Of a stretch of DNA of 64,000 nucleotides, positions 52,123 through 64,000 are shown piece by piece (the stretch's first letter is position 1; each line of letters opens with the position of its first letter). The position numbers and the translations under genes were made by a program. The DNA is from Dimorphilus gyrociliatus. Lineage: Eukaryota; Animalia; Annelida. The notes under the pieces are model-generated. The model did not search any database. It had not been told where the DNA came from and saw nothing but the letters and a program-made list of their open reading frames with translations. The stretch spans positions 923,713 through 987,712 of the forward strand of contig CAJFCJ010000004.1 in NCBI GenBank assembly GCA_904063045.1, in the 5' to 3' direction.

Positions 52123-54033
52123 ATGGATCGCCTAATCAATGACTTTGATATTATGACTTGGAAATATACAATTCTATATACGGGAGTTGCTGTAGGATTC
52201 GGATATGCTTTGTATAAATGGTATACAAATAGTTTGAGATTAATACCAGGCCCAAGGGGTCTACCCATTCTAGGCATTACGCCGTATATGGACATAAAAC
52301 ATTTTCATGTGCAATTGAATGAATATGCAAAAGAGTATGGGCCCGTCTGTCGAATTGACCTTCTGGGTGAATCTGTAATTTTGGTTACTGGTAAAGATGC
52401 AATTGATGAAGTTCTGTCTACGAAACAAAATGATTTTTCAGACAGATTGCAAACGTTTAGGTTCATAATTCAATATAGATTAACTCTGCAACTTTGTAAC
52501 ATTTATATTTAATAGGACCAGTCTAGCTATGAACGAAAACGAAGTAACAGGATTTATGAATGATACACCAGAATTTAGAGAGATAAAGAAACAGATATAT
52601 AAATCATTGAAAACCTATGGTGATGGTATGAATAAAGTTGAAAATATAATGGAAGAAGTATTAACTGATTTGATGAAAGATATTCGAAACGAGGAGAAAA
52701 CTTCTGTCAATTTTAGCCTTAAACTACAATATACTTTAACGACTGTTATCACTTCGCTGGTAAAAAGATATTTATATATATAGATAACTAGTATCATTCA
52801 TTTATGTTTATATTTTTTCCTTTAGATTTTTGCACAAAGAGTTCATGAAAAAGACATAATTAGAACCATCGGTTTGGTCGATAAAACTTCTAAATCATTT
52901 TTCAATCTCTCCAGTATTTTATTAGATGTTATGCCCTGGTTAAGATTTTTTGGAAACAAAGCTTATCAAACATTGAAATCGTCTAGAATGTCGATTGACC
53001 AAACTTTCGACCCAACTATTGAAGACCTCAAAGTTTGATTTATTTTTTATTTTCTTTTAAGGTGAATAAATACAATTATATAAAATTTATTGATACTTTT
53101 AGAATTCGATTGACGAGAATCGTATTCGTAACTTTGTGGATAGTTTCTATCTTAATTGTGAAAAGAGTTCACTGCAGCTCAGTCACTCTTTGCTGGCCAA
53201 TAATGTCAAGGGATTGATAATTGCAGGTAAAATAAATGACACCAATTGTACAGAGAAATGGAATTAAATGGTTTCCCTTTATAAAGGTTATTTGACTTCT
53301 TCATCGATATTATATACCTTATTGTTATTATTAATGAAACACCGAGATATTGAAGACAAGATTGTTAGAGAGATTATAACCTACATTGGTACAAACCGAT
53401 TACCTAAGATGGAAGACCGAGAAAAAATGCCGTATACTGAAGCTTCTATCTTAGAAGCCTTAAGATATATATCAAACGTCCCAATTGCACTACCCCACGT
53501 CGCTAAGAATACTTCTACCATTTCGCAATTCAAAATAGAAAAAGGAACTCAGGTAAATTAATACTGATATCCTGGTTATATCACAGAGAGTTACCACTTC
53601 TAAAGCTATATTATTTATTATTAGATATGGGTTAATTTGTGGGGCTTACATCATTCAGAAGAAATTTGGGGAGATCCTTTTACTTTTAGGCCAGAAAGAT
53701 TCTTGGCTGAAGATGGAAGTTTACTGCCTCTCGATTCGAAACTGAGAAAATGGTATTAAAAATTTCATTCTTAATTGTTTTCCTATAAACAATATATTAA
53801 ATATTTAATATTTATTAAGCTTAATGGCTTTCGGAGCTGGTAGAAGATTTTGTGTTGGAAAGAATTTAGCTATGCACAGAATATTTTTAATTCTTACTGC
53901 CGTCTTGCAAAATTTTCGCTTGGAAATACCGAATAATACAGAACTAGTTGATTTAGACTGTAGAAAATTTGAATTTGGCCTTGTTGTCGCAGCTTCGGCA
54001 ATGCCTTTGAAGTTTATTCCAAGAAACCTTTAA
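52123..54033 (+). CDS. CYP: Cytochrome P450, clan-2-like, about 7 exons
   Basis: N-terminal anchor followed by IPGPRGLPILG; I-helix GLIIAG|YLTS; K-helix EALR; FRPERF; heme motif FGAGRRFCVG. The ORF pieces are separated by short GT-AG introns. Confidence 0.95.
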
Positions 54034-55693
54034 AATTGAAAACAGGAAAACTATACACAAGTATCTAAAAATATAAATTAAAAGTATAGTATCAATGATT
54101 GTAGCCTGTGTTATATACAGTAGAACAAATAATTTATGTTTTGATGGTAACATATAATGTAAACCTAATTACCTTTCGTTTTAATTGCTTATTACAAACC
54201 TTAAATTATTCATTTTAAGTCATATCTTACGTGATTACGATTGGAATTAAATTTCCTACTGCTTAAGTAGCTATTTACTTTCGTATACTGCTGATGGCTT
54301 GTGACAACTTTTAACTGTATATTGTAAATGTATATATATTTAAAAATGGATACTACTGAATAAATATTAAAGAAAATGAATGGAGTTTTTTTAATATATT
54401 GTCTACATTATTTCAATTAGATCTAAATGCATAATTTACAAGTTATAATTATTACTTTGTAATTAGAAAACAGCTTAAAGTCTCTGTAGAGCCATTTTTA
54501 TTTTACAACAATAGTTGATAAACTAATCTAAATTAACATGAAATATAAATTATTATTCACTTCAAAAAACATTCAATTGATAGAATCAGACTTTTTCAAG
54601 GTGAATGTGGGAGACAGAGAGTGAAATTTACTAAACAAAATGTCCTTAGACTATTACTTCCGAAAATTATTTTAGTCTTTCAAAAAGAAAGTAATAACAA
54701 AGTTGGTAGTTTTTCATTAAATGACGTAGTTAATTATTGTCCAATTTAGAAAGAGAATGAAATTTCAGACAAGGCAATAGATAATTTGTTCTATAAGCCT
54801 TATGAAAAAGCCAAGAAATATTTAAGGAAACTAAATGAGACATTTTTTAATAGAAAAAAAATAACAAAGAGTATTGAAGTAATTCCTTTCTTTTTCAATT
54901 CTAAACAAAATATAATTTTACTTAATGGAAGAAAAAAGGTATTTTATAAAAAAAATCTATGTACTATATATCTTCAATATAATAAGTCGGATAATTGAAC
55001 CGAAAGGAGCTCCATGTAGCGGAACCATCTTTTTCCATAATTATTAACTTTGGAAGCCTTACCGAACGACATAAGTGGTATTAAATGTTTGCACTTAGTT
55101 ATTTCTTTCTAGTATTTTATTTGCTAAAAACGTATCAAGCTTTTATGTTTTTTTCTTTCTATCTACGTCTGTCTTCAATTCCAAACTTACAGTCATACTA
55201 TAAGACTAATACTTACTAAATTTCCGATGTTAAAGACTAGAACATGTATAACATTTGTAAATCATATATTTTCTACGTAAGTTTTATCATTTTAACGAAA
55301 TGCCATTACCAGGTAATGATTACATACAAAGACATTTCTGATTAATACACCTAAAAATGGTTTTATCATTGATTTTTTTGTACCAGTTCTAGTATACAAC
55401 ACTGACAATTACGTCATAGCGTCTCTTAACAATTAAGAATCGAATCTATTTTTAATTTATACAAGCTTTTTATTGAACGAAAATAGAAAATTTATAAATC
55501 AAGAAAAAATCTTGAAAAAATAAATCTTTAATCAAATAAATGTTCAATTTTCCTAAATATTTGTTCAAATGTAAAGAAAAGTGTATATTTTACTATAAAT
55601 ATGGCAATTGCAGAACAAAATTAACTTAAAGATATCGTAAAGCTGTGCTAATTATTGATAAATTTACTTATAAATCAAGTTAATTTTGTTGGC

Positions 55694-58243
55694 TTAAAAC
55701 CAATTTTGCAGTTTCTCGTAGACAGTATCAAAAACCATTAGCATTATGGCTCCTCCTGAAAAAGTGGAAATTTTAATTTACATAAATAAATAAATTAGAC
55801 AATTGTAATGCAAACCTGGTCCAAGTCTTAATAGCTTAGGAAGCAGTCCCTTGTATAGAGCTAAATATCTATAAAAATAAACAAGAATTAGGCTTTAGAG
55901 AACTTTTAGCTAATTAAATCAATATATAAATTATTTATTATAAGTAATGAAGCCTAATACTTTATTTATTGGTAAATCTTTTGCAAGCACAAAGTTAAAC
56001 TAACCCTTCCTCCTTATATACCAAACGTATAGTTTGTAGACATGATTTGTACTTAATACCAGTTTCTGGTTGTGGTCCTTGAATTCTGCTCTTGGCTACG
56101 TCAAACGGTATATTGGCTGTAGACGCTATGCTACCGGCCATTAAACCTAAGACGAACTTCCTTCCTAATTCCATATTCTGGTCCTTAGTTTTATAAAAAA
56201 GACATAATAAGTTTTATTAAGTCTCACAACTTCTTTGATGGCAAAAGAAATTAGAGAAGCTATTACCTTTTGGATCGGAACAACATTTTTCAAATTATGA
56301 TACAATCCAAAATATATCATATTCCAAATTCCATGACGTAGCAAAGTAGATGTTAGACCTTTGTTCAAACCACTACTACCAAAGCCATTTTCTCCATAAA
56401 TAGTTTTGGCCATTTGTATAGCAGAGAGTTGCTAAAGTATAGATGAAGAGAGAAATTTATATATATATCATATAACTACAGTCCCGAGAAAAAGTCTTTG
56501 GTAGGGTTATTCTTATAGTGAGAAAAGCGAATTAACCAACAGAACTTAATTAATTATCTTTTTTTGTTTAGAATGAAAGAAATGACTTTTATACAACTGA
56601 ATTTAAAGATAGAATTCATAAGTAAAATGTTCTTCCTTTTAATTAATTTTATTAACAAAGGTATATTTGCGGAGAAAAAATTTTGGGCAGGTTACCTGTT
56701 CCTTCCAAAAAAGTAGATGATAATTAGATAGAAACCCAATTAAACAATTTTTATGGCCTTTCCTGAGTAGTGTTACATGATTGTATAGAATAGAAGATTC
56801 AAAAATACTCATTAATGGGGAAGATTAGCCTTGAAATGAGGGTAAAAATTATAGAACTAGACAGAAAAGGGCTAAGCCAAGTTAAAATCTCTAAAGAGCT
56901 AAAGATTGCTCGCAGTACTGTCCAGTACAACCTAAATAAAAAAATGAAACATTCTTCAATGGAAGATAGACCCAGATCTGGTCGTCCCAAAAAGATATCC
57001 GAAGCAGACAAAAGAAATCTTGTTAACATACAAAAGCAAAACCCCTCTTACTCAGTCAGACAAGTCTATAGCAAATGGAGCATGGCAGACAAGGTAAGTT
57101 TATCTTCTGCCAAGAAGATTCTGTTCAAGTATGGTTTGAAAAGTGACTTAGCGAAGGTGAAACCATTGACTAAATCGGAAAATCGAAAAAAATAACTATA
57201 TTAATTTTTTTTTGATGAAGGCTATCTTTAAATTCCATTGTAAACATGCCGTATATGTGTGACCGTATGTGTGTATGTTAACACAAAGTATATAGATAAG
57301 AAATATACATGAAGATAAAGAAGTGTAAAATGTACAAGCTGTCAACATCAGTGGTGATTTGAATTTATCTAATAATATGCAAATCTTTTTTAATATATTA
57401 CCTAGGATTGTATCGCTATTTATACTCTACGGTTATCTAATATTTAAGGAATACGATAATTAGCCTAATTTTTAATAACTTCTAAAGTCAATTGTTGCCT
57501 TGAAAACATTAATAGAGAATACTACCTGGCTAAAGAGTTGTCTGTCAGCTTGCAGTTTAACCTTGACAACTTCAAATGGATTGATTAAAAATCCTTCAGT
57601 TAAACCAGAACACAATCCAGCTAGAGCAAAGGTCTGAAATTCGAGAAGTGAATAGAAAAATTCATTTATTTCTTGTTTAGAGAGTATGTTTTAATAGATT
57701 TTGTCTAATAGACGACAAACCACAGGAGTTGGTGAGCTTGCTCCAAAAAGGAAAAGACTTTTGTACTGTTCAAAAGTAAAGAATTTTACTGCTCTCTTTG
57801 GCGTCTCAGCCAAAATCGGGGGCAGAAGGCCTTTGTAGAACGACAGTGCTCTATAATATTAAAAGGATTTTGTTTTCTCAGTAGGACATAATTTTGTATA
57901 TGATTGAAATTATTACCCTTCTTGTCGGTACATTTTCTTGAAGCAATCTACTATAGACTTGTACCGGTTTGGATCATCGGGTCCTTTTTGTATTTGGAAG
58001 CGAGTTTTAACAAGATCTAATGGATGCATTAAACAAACTTCAACGAAGCCTGAAAATAAATAAAACACGTTTCATGTTTGTTTAATAGACACAGAATCAC
58101 TTAATACCAAATTTTCTTCCGTAACGAAACAACATTTAACTACACCCAATTGTCGTTCTATACAACTCACCCGCTGATCCTCCAGAAGCAATTTGCATTA
58201 GTGCTAAAGTTCCTAAACTTCTTTGTTTCTGTATATCAGTCAT
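55694..58243 (-). CDS. SLC25A21: Mitochondrial 2-oxodicarboxylate carrier (SLC25 family)
   Basis: ATG at 58243. Exon peptides: QIASGGSAG|FVEVCLMHPLDLVKTRFQIQ, FYKGLLPPILAETPKRAVKFFTFEQYK, INPFEVVKVKLQA, GLNKGLTSTLLRHGIWNMIYFG, ANIPFDVAKSRIQGPQP, LYKGLLPKLLRLGPGGAIML. Three P-x-D/E-x-x-K carrier signatures; stop at 55696-55694. Confidence 0.93.
56477..57195 (+). mobile_element. Tc1-like DNA transposon 5' half (left end plus DNA-binding domain ORF) inside an SLC25A21 intron, antisense to the host gene
   Basis: TA at 56477-56478 followed by CAGTCCCGAG (typical Tc1 terminus). ORF 56815-57195 encodes a bipartite HTH with RPRSGRPKKIS and stops at NRKK*, before the DDE domain. No right-hand inverted repeat seen. 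Confidence 0.85.
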
Positions 58244-61200
58244 TCTGTATATTTGTTTTACTTGTTCTTTTATTAACAAAAAGATTGATATGAAAATACA
58301 ATTGCTTGGTAAGTTTTGAAATACACGTGATATATTCAAGTTATTTTCGTATTTTTTTGTTTACTTAGGGAAAGAGAGATTAAAAAATTGGGAAAAGCAT
58401 AAATTTTTTTGTGCCAATAATTAAAAATAAATATTATGAAAAAAATCATCTGGTTAACAAGAAGTACTAGATAAAATAACGCAAGAAGTGAGTGAGGAAT
58501 TTTCAACAGGCTAAAAAGAAACGTCCTTCACCTTATTGATGTTCGTTGAATATTCATAAGGATACGACGCTGGGCATGGTAGAAGGTAAATTTTTATTCT
58601 CTAACATTATCGTGAGTGAATTCTTTATAAAAATCGTATAAGAAAATGTAACAAGAAATATGTTAACGTAGAAGCAAATGTCAAGTATTAACTAATTTTT
58701 AAATGATCTTTTCATTTCTTAAACAATTTTAGGAAAATAGAAATTTACTATCCACAATAGGCCTTTCTTTAACATTACTTCATTGCCTTGTTTTAGCAAG
58801 TAAAAGTATTTAATAAAGGTATTTTTAAAGAGCATATTTCAATGAATATATGAAGATTTTTACACAGATAATAATAACAAAAATTAAGAAAAATAAGGAT
58901 AAAAACCTATTATGATATGATATATGTTGTAAAGCTATATATATTGCAAAAACCAGAATACCTCGGTTAGAATAAGATGAAAAGATATATTGTATCCGTA
59001 ACTTTTATTGAAAAACATTTGAAAAGTTGCTATTGCTCAGGCTAACAGTAGCCACAATCTACTATTTCAATGGAAAGCTGTTTATTAAAGTACATGCAAG
59101 ATTAATTTCTTAATAAATTCTTCATAAATATTGGTCAATTAGTTTCTTATTTCAAATAAGAACGAGAAATAGAAGGCATCCAGAACTTTTAAATATCTTT
59201 AATTATTTAATAATATTGAGTCTAATAACAACCGAGAGGGAAAAAGACACCTTTCTTGTCTCTCTCCATGCCTTTCCTCTTCTCTCTTTATAACGTCGTT
59301 AGGCAGTTAGTAATTAATGGTAGGTCTGCAGGATACACACAATATTTGCTTTCTTTTCCTTTTCGATATGTGGATGAGGTGAAAGGGGAAAGGAACAACC
59401 TTGATTATATTGAAAAAATAGTATGAAATAATTTTTTGACGGGTACTTTACAATCGCGTCTAATATCTAAGTACTTATATTGGAATACAGGTATTAATAT
59501 ACTAAAAGCTTTTTGACTTGTTTGTTTTATTAGTTTGACTGAATTTGTTAAACAGACAACAGTATCGACGTATTCATTGAACATTTTAGTACATATACCT
59601 TTCAAATAAATAATATCCATGTACGGTTAAATAAAAAATAAAACAACTTTCAGAAGGAAAAGACTAGGAACTGTGATGTTTTTATAGAGCAATACGAAAT
59701 AATATCCGGTTAGAACAGAAGAGAAGAATTCACCTGATGGGTGAGAAGAACTATATATCTGTCTATGGCTATACTGAACAAACTACCTTTGTCAAACGCT
59801 TCTAGTTTCATAATTCATCAAAGAATTTTGACTTATTATAATCTAGATACCTAAATACTAGTTTCTATATACACATTTATGCTAGCATCATTAATGCCAT
59901 TGATTTTTCTTGCCGAGTATACTAATAGTAACACAAAACTGAATATTTCTCAGTTGTTATAATTATCTAATTAATTGTTTTAGAAGTTTTTCTAAAATGT
60001 ATTCTGCTTTCTAAAGTTTAATTCTAATCTTACAGAAAAAGTCATTGTCGCTAGATTTTATGGACGCCATTAGTGACTTAGGCGTCACCCTTCACTTGTT
60101 CTTTTGCCAACTTGGAACAGCTGGTATATATTTTAGGAAACTATTTTGACGTTGTTGTAAAATCCCTTGGCATTATCGTGTCTTTTATACGTGTTATCCC
60201 CAAGCAGTTTTCTTAGATTATTTTTAGTTTCAGTTCGCATCAATGTTAATTTTATCCTTCACTTGTCTTTTAAATTGCGTCACAGCGATAACCATCCGTA
60301 ATTTACCATTATTTTTTAATATAATAAAAAAGAAGAATTAAAAGAGAAGCAGAGTTAAAATACCATATGAATATCATATGTGTTAATAACTAAACGCAAA
60401 AATGGACTTAATTTATACTTTATCAACAGCTATTTAATACTATAGTTTTGTTTATTATTACAAATACATTAACAAACATACCAAATAACTGTTTCGCTCG
60501 ACTACAGATGTTAATTCCTGAATTGAACGTTGTTAAGGCAACGTCCTGAATCGGAAATATGCTGATCAATGCCTAAATGTTGTTTTACTAAAAATATTGA
60601 TTGTCGTCTACTTGATTCATCTCTTGTTTTTTTATTTACACAAAGCGAAATGGGGTTAGAGGCGAAAGTTAAATTGCAATCAACAGTATAAAGCATTCTT
60701 GTTTACATAATCCTAAACCCACTAATGTTATTGAATTAATTTATGATCATATTTTTTTCAATATTAAAAACAAAAGATGATCTAGAATCAGTGTCGAAAG
60801 GATTTAAGGACTTTTCTTCAAGCACATTTCGATTTCTTTCAATTTTAGAGAGTCGACCATGAACTGATTTTAATGCTCTTTTTTGAATAGTCCTTCTTTT
60901 TGTGCTTGTTGTTGTTGGTTTTTCGATATAGAAAGGGAACTATATATAAAAAGTATTTTCTATTAAATTTTTTACAGCTGTATTCATATGTGCTATTTCA
61001 TTATTTTAAATAAATCAACTGTATGATGATATAACGCCATCTGTTAGCTAAACTATATACCCTTTTACTATCGTTCTATCTCAATTTTTCGTTTAACAAG
61101 CCGTTGTGAATTGTTTAAAAACCCTCTTTCAAGACGATATAAGTATATTTGGATGATTTTGTAAAGGGTACAGAGTGAGGTTGGGAATAAATTAGCACTC

Positions 61201-61305
61201 TATTATACTTATATTGTCATCCTCAACCTAATCTCCTCCAAAGCTCTCTTACTTTATGTATCTCTTATATATTTTACTCAATTCTTTCTGAAAATTTTTT
61301 TATAG

Positions 61306-61461
61306 CGACCACACCAGTTCTCATCTTTTTCGGCTTCGTAGCGTTATTCTTTATTCTACTGGTGATCTTCTTTCTATGTTTAAATAAGAAACTCTGCTTT
61401 AAAAATTGCGGAGGATTTCCATGCCTTGAAGATAGAGCTGCTGAGAAGGAGAGTCTGTTAG
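61306..61461 (+). CDS. Isolated internal exon encoding a synaptotagmin-14-like N-terminal transmembrane segment
   Basis: Acceptor tttttatag and donor g|gtgagt; 156 nt, phase 1/1. Translation TTPVLIFFGFVALFFILLVIFFLCLNKKLCFKNCGGFPCLEDRAAEKESLL resembles the recalled SYT14 segment FLYINKKFCFENVGGFP. No flanking exons identified. Confidence 0.65.
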
Positions 61462-64000
61462 GTGAGTAAAATATTTCTATTTATTTTATATATAAGAGTG
61501 TAGTTTAGTTTATAAATTTTCATAAGAATATCAGCTGCACAAAAATATTAGCTGAAATTACTTCCAAGAATTTAGGTCGAATGTTGAATCATTAAATGAC
61601 TATATATACAAATTTACTGAGAACACCTGTCTAATTAAGAAGAAAAGTAGTGGAGGTAACAAAAAGAAAAAAAGAACTGTAGACTTTTAATAGATTAATT
61701 GATTAAGAAATTGCACAAGCATTCTTCTATTTTATATTATTCTCTCCTTTCTTTCATTGTCAAGATTTATCTGTGTTCTTTTGCACCTATTTTAAATTTA
61801 ACTTTTCTTTTGCTATGCCAATCCCAAGTGTATCCTCTTTTTTTTATATTTAGATTGTATTTAAGAATTCTCTTTGAGTCGCTATGAATTTTACCCTGAT
61901 TCTTTAGTAAACTAGATACAATAGAAGCAATATTGTTTTTCAAGTTATTTTATAGTACAAAGCCTATTTTACTCTTTGCAATATGAAATTATAAAGGGAT
62001 AAATAATAGAAATACTTCAGATGGCTCTAGTGATTGACATAAACAAACAGCCTTTTTTCAAATGTAATCTGGTTGTATTACAGAAATATTAATCGAATTT
62101 GTATTATTTATCAAAATAAATAGTTATTAGATAACTTGAGCTGGGATTAGGCCAATATTTATTGTCGAACAGAGGCGATAACTGAGAAAAAAAAGCCACC
62201 GACTAGGCCTATAAAATTCAATTACTCTCCTAAACGCCATCTGATGGCCGAGTTTTTCACATTGATCAGTCAATTTCTGTATCGTGCCCAGTCAACTTTG
62301 GCTCTTGTTGTTTTGAAAGATCGATAATAGAAGATCTAATAATTTTCTAATGGCATATCCGATCTAGATTATGGCATTAGCAAAAATGATAAATTCGGAT
62401 AAAGAATATTCAGTAACCGATATATTCAGCTCATGCTGGAAAAACTGTTTAAAAAAGAAGACTAAGGAATACGAGAACATTGAAGGAGTTAATTTAAACG
62501 GTGGGGAAAAAAATTCAGGAGATAATAATAAGGCTTTCGATAGTAGAGAGAATCGTGAGTAATGTTTTTTCTTCGGAGAAAGATAAATGAAACAAATGTA
62601 ATAGAATAAGAGAATAGAATATTAGAAAAAGAAAGTAACAGTCGCTTAGGAAATTGTTGAAAACACCATCAATTATATTTAGGATGCAAGTCTTGTATAA
62701 GATGCGTCTTTAGAGAATATTTTTGACTATTTCTACCCGTAGAAAAAAGATAATGACCTTGCCTCTGCCTCTTCACTTTTCGTTCTTTAGTACCTCATTT
62801 TTTTATCATAAAATAAATAATACAGTATTTTGTTTATAATACTCGTATAATTTATAATTAGAGTATTATTAATTTTTATCTAATAGTGTACTTATTCTTC
62901 TAAGTCTATTATTTATATCTTAATTTCATTCTAAAGATAAGTAATTTAATAAATAATTGAAGTGAAATATTAGAAGCATTGACATAATTCAATTTTTCTT
63001 TTTTAAACTCCTGCCTATTTTTTTCTTATTAATCAATTGATATCTTTATAAAAAAAATGATGAACTAAAAAATAATGGTATTAGGTTAATCGCAAACTTG
63101 TCGTAATATTTACAAAAAATTGTTTAATTCGAATTGAAAACTTAGGCAATTACCTTTTGTAGAGGCAAATTGATTCTCACCATAAATTATTTAGGTATTA
63201 TTGATAATCAAAAATATTACTATTTACTAGTAGATATCCTTGCGAAAAATTCCTTTCCTTCTAAAACTGAGGCCTATTATAGATGAGAAGAATACTTAAT
63301 GCTTTTCTCGATAAATATAATATAGTTGTGATAAATTATACTAACAATATCAAATAGATAACCGTTTGTATGTATATACATATATACTGAATACAAAAGT
63401 ATGAATGGAAATAGAGTGCAATTTGCTATAAATTTCTTTAATTCGCAGTTTGAAAATATTTACCAAAAATTTTAACATAGAATTCCTTGCTTGTGACAGA
63501 CTTAAAGGTCGTAAAAATATCGATTGCTGCTACTGTTAAGCTTTATGTATTATGTATTATATGCTTATAAACATCAGGACTAGGAAAAATATACTGAGGT
63601 TTTTGTTTTTGCTGGAAAATTAAAAGAAAAAGAAACAAGCAATCTCCGTTCAAATATGCTAAACTTTAAACATATATAGTTATTTTATGAGCACTTGTCA
63701 TTTAATTATTATTATATATATACATATATATGTATACATATATTTATATATTGTATATATAGTGATATATTACAAGTATCTAAACATCCAAAAGCAATTA
63801 TACAATTGATAGATGTAAGGTTATTTTTATAGGTTTAGAAATGTTGATTTAATATTAAACAATCACTCTCCCTCTCTATGTCTCTCTGTTTCTTTCCTTA
63901 TTGAAATATTCCTCTTAACAAGTGCTGTCTTCTCTTCAAATGGCCTAGTTTGCTCTAAATTCTGATGGTGTTAAAATAATATCTATTGTGTTTCATGATC

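Noticed and set aside
54600-55000. Lys-rich open frames between the P450 and SLC25A21 genes
   Set aside because: No recognisable domain, start or consistent exon chain.
59405-59620. 71-aa minus-strand ORF with plausible composition
   Set aside because: No motif, no supporting splice partners, and the length is attainable by chance.
60030-60310. Minus-strand coding-like tract (NLRKLLGDNTYKRH) faintly like a retroelement ORF
   Set aside because: Multiple stops and no diagnostic reverse-transcriptase or endonuclease motif; cannot be supported without a search.
1-64000. CRISPR arrays, rRNA, intact tRNA, snRNA or known miRNA hairpins
   Set aside because: No regularly spaced direct repeats or recognisable conserved RNA sequences were seen by eye. 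An Infernal/Rfam scan would be needed to exclude small RNAs.

Overview
AT-rich (roughly 27% GC by eye) eukaryotic genomic DNA from an animal with a compact genome; most introns are 55-100 nt GT-AG. The innexin, LDTI/bdellin-type Kazal, Dmrt and BMP genes point to an invertebrate, probably a spiralian such as a small-genome annelid (inference only). I rebuilt exon structures by hand from splice sites and reading-frame phase. In order, the window holds: a multi-exon Cys-rich DUF7042/7043-like protein; an intronless chitin-deacetylase-like pseudoenzyme; a Dmrt gene whose three DM-domain ORFs splice in frame through two micro-exons into one 312-aa protein with three DM domains; a DUF229 protein; a degenerate Tc1 DDE remnant; a divergent BMP2/4-like ligand; a peptide-type class A GPCR; a tandem pair of intron-sharing paralogues resembling beta-trefoil plus aerolysin-type pore-forming proteins; an 83-aa membrane microprotein missed by the ORF track; an SLC5 symporter; an innexin; a four-domain Kazal inhibitor; a clan-2-like cytochrome P450; SLC25A21 with a Tc1 5' half in one intron; and an isolated synaptotagmin-14-like exon. 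Non-coding DNA carries recurrent Tc1-type excision-footprint motifs (TATAC[A/T]GTATA) and recurrent CTCF-like motifs. No rRNA, convincing tRNA or CRISPR array was seen. All family calls come from motif recognition, not database searches.
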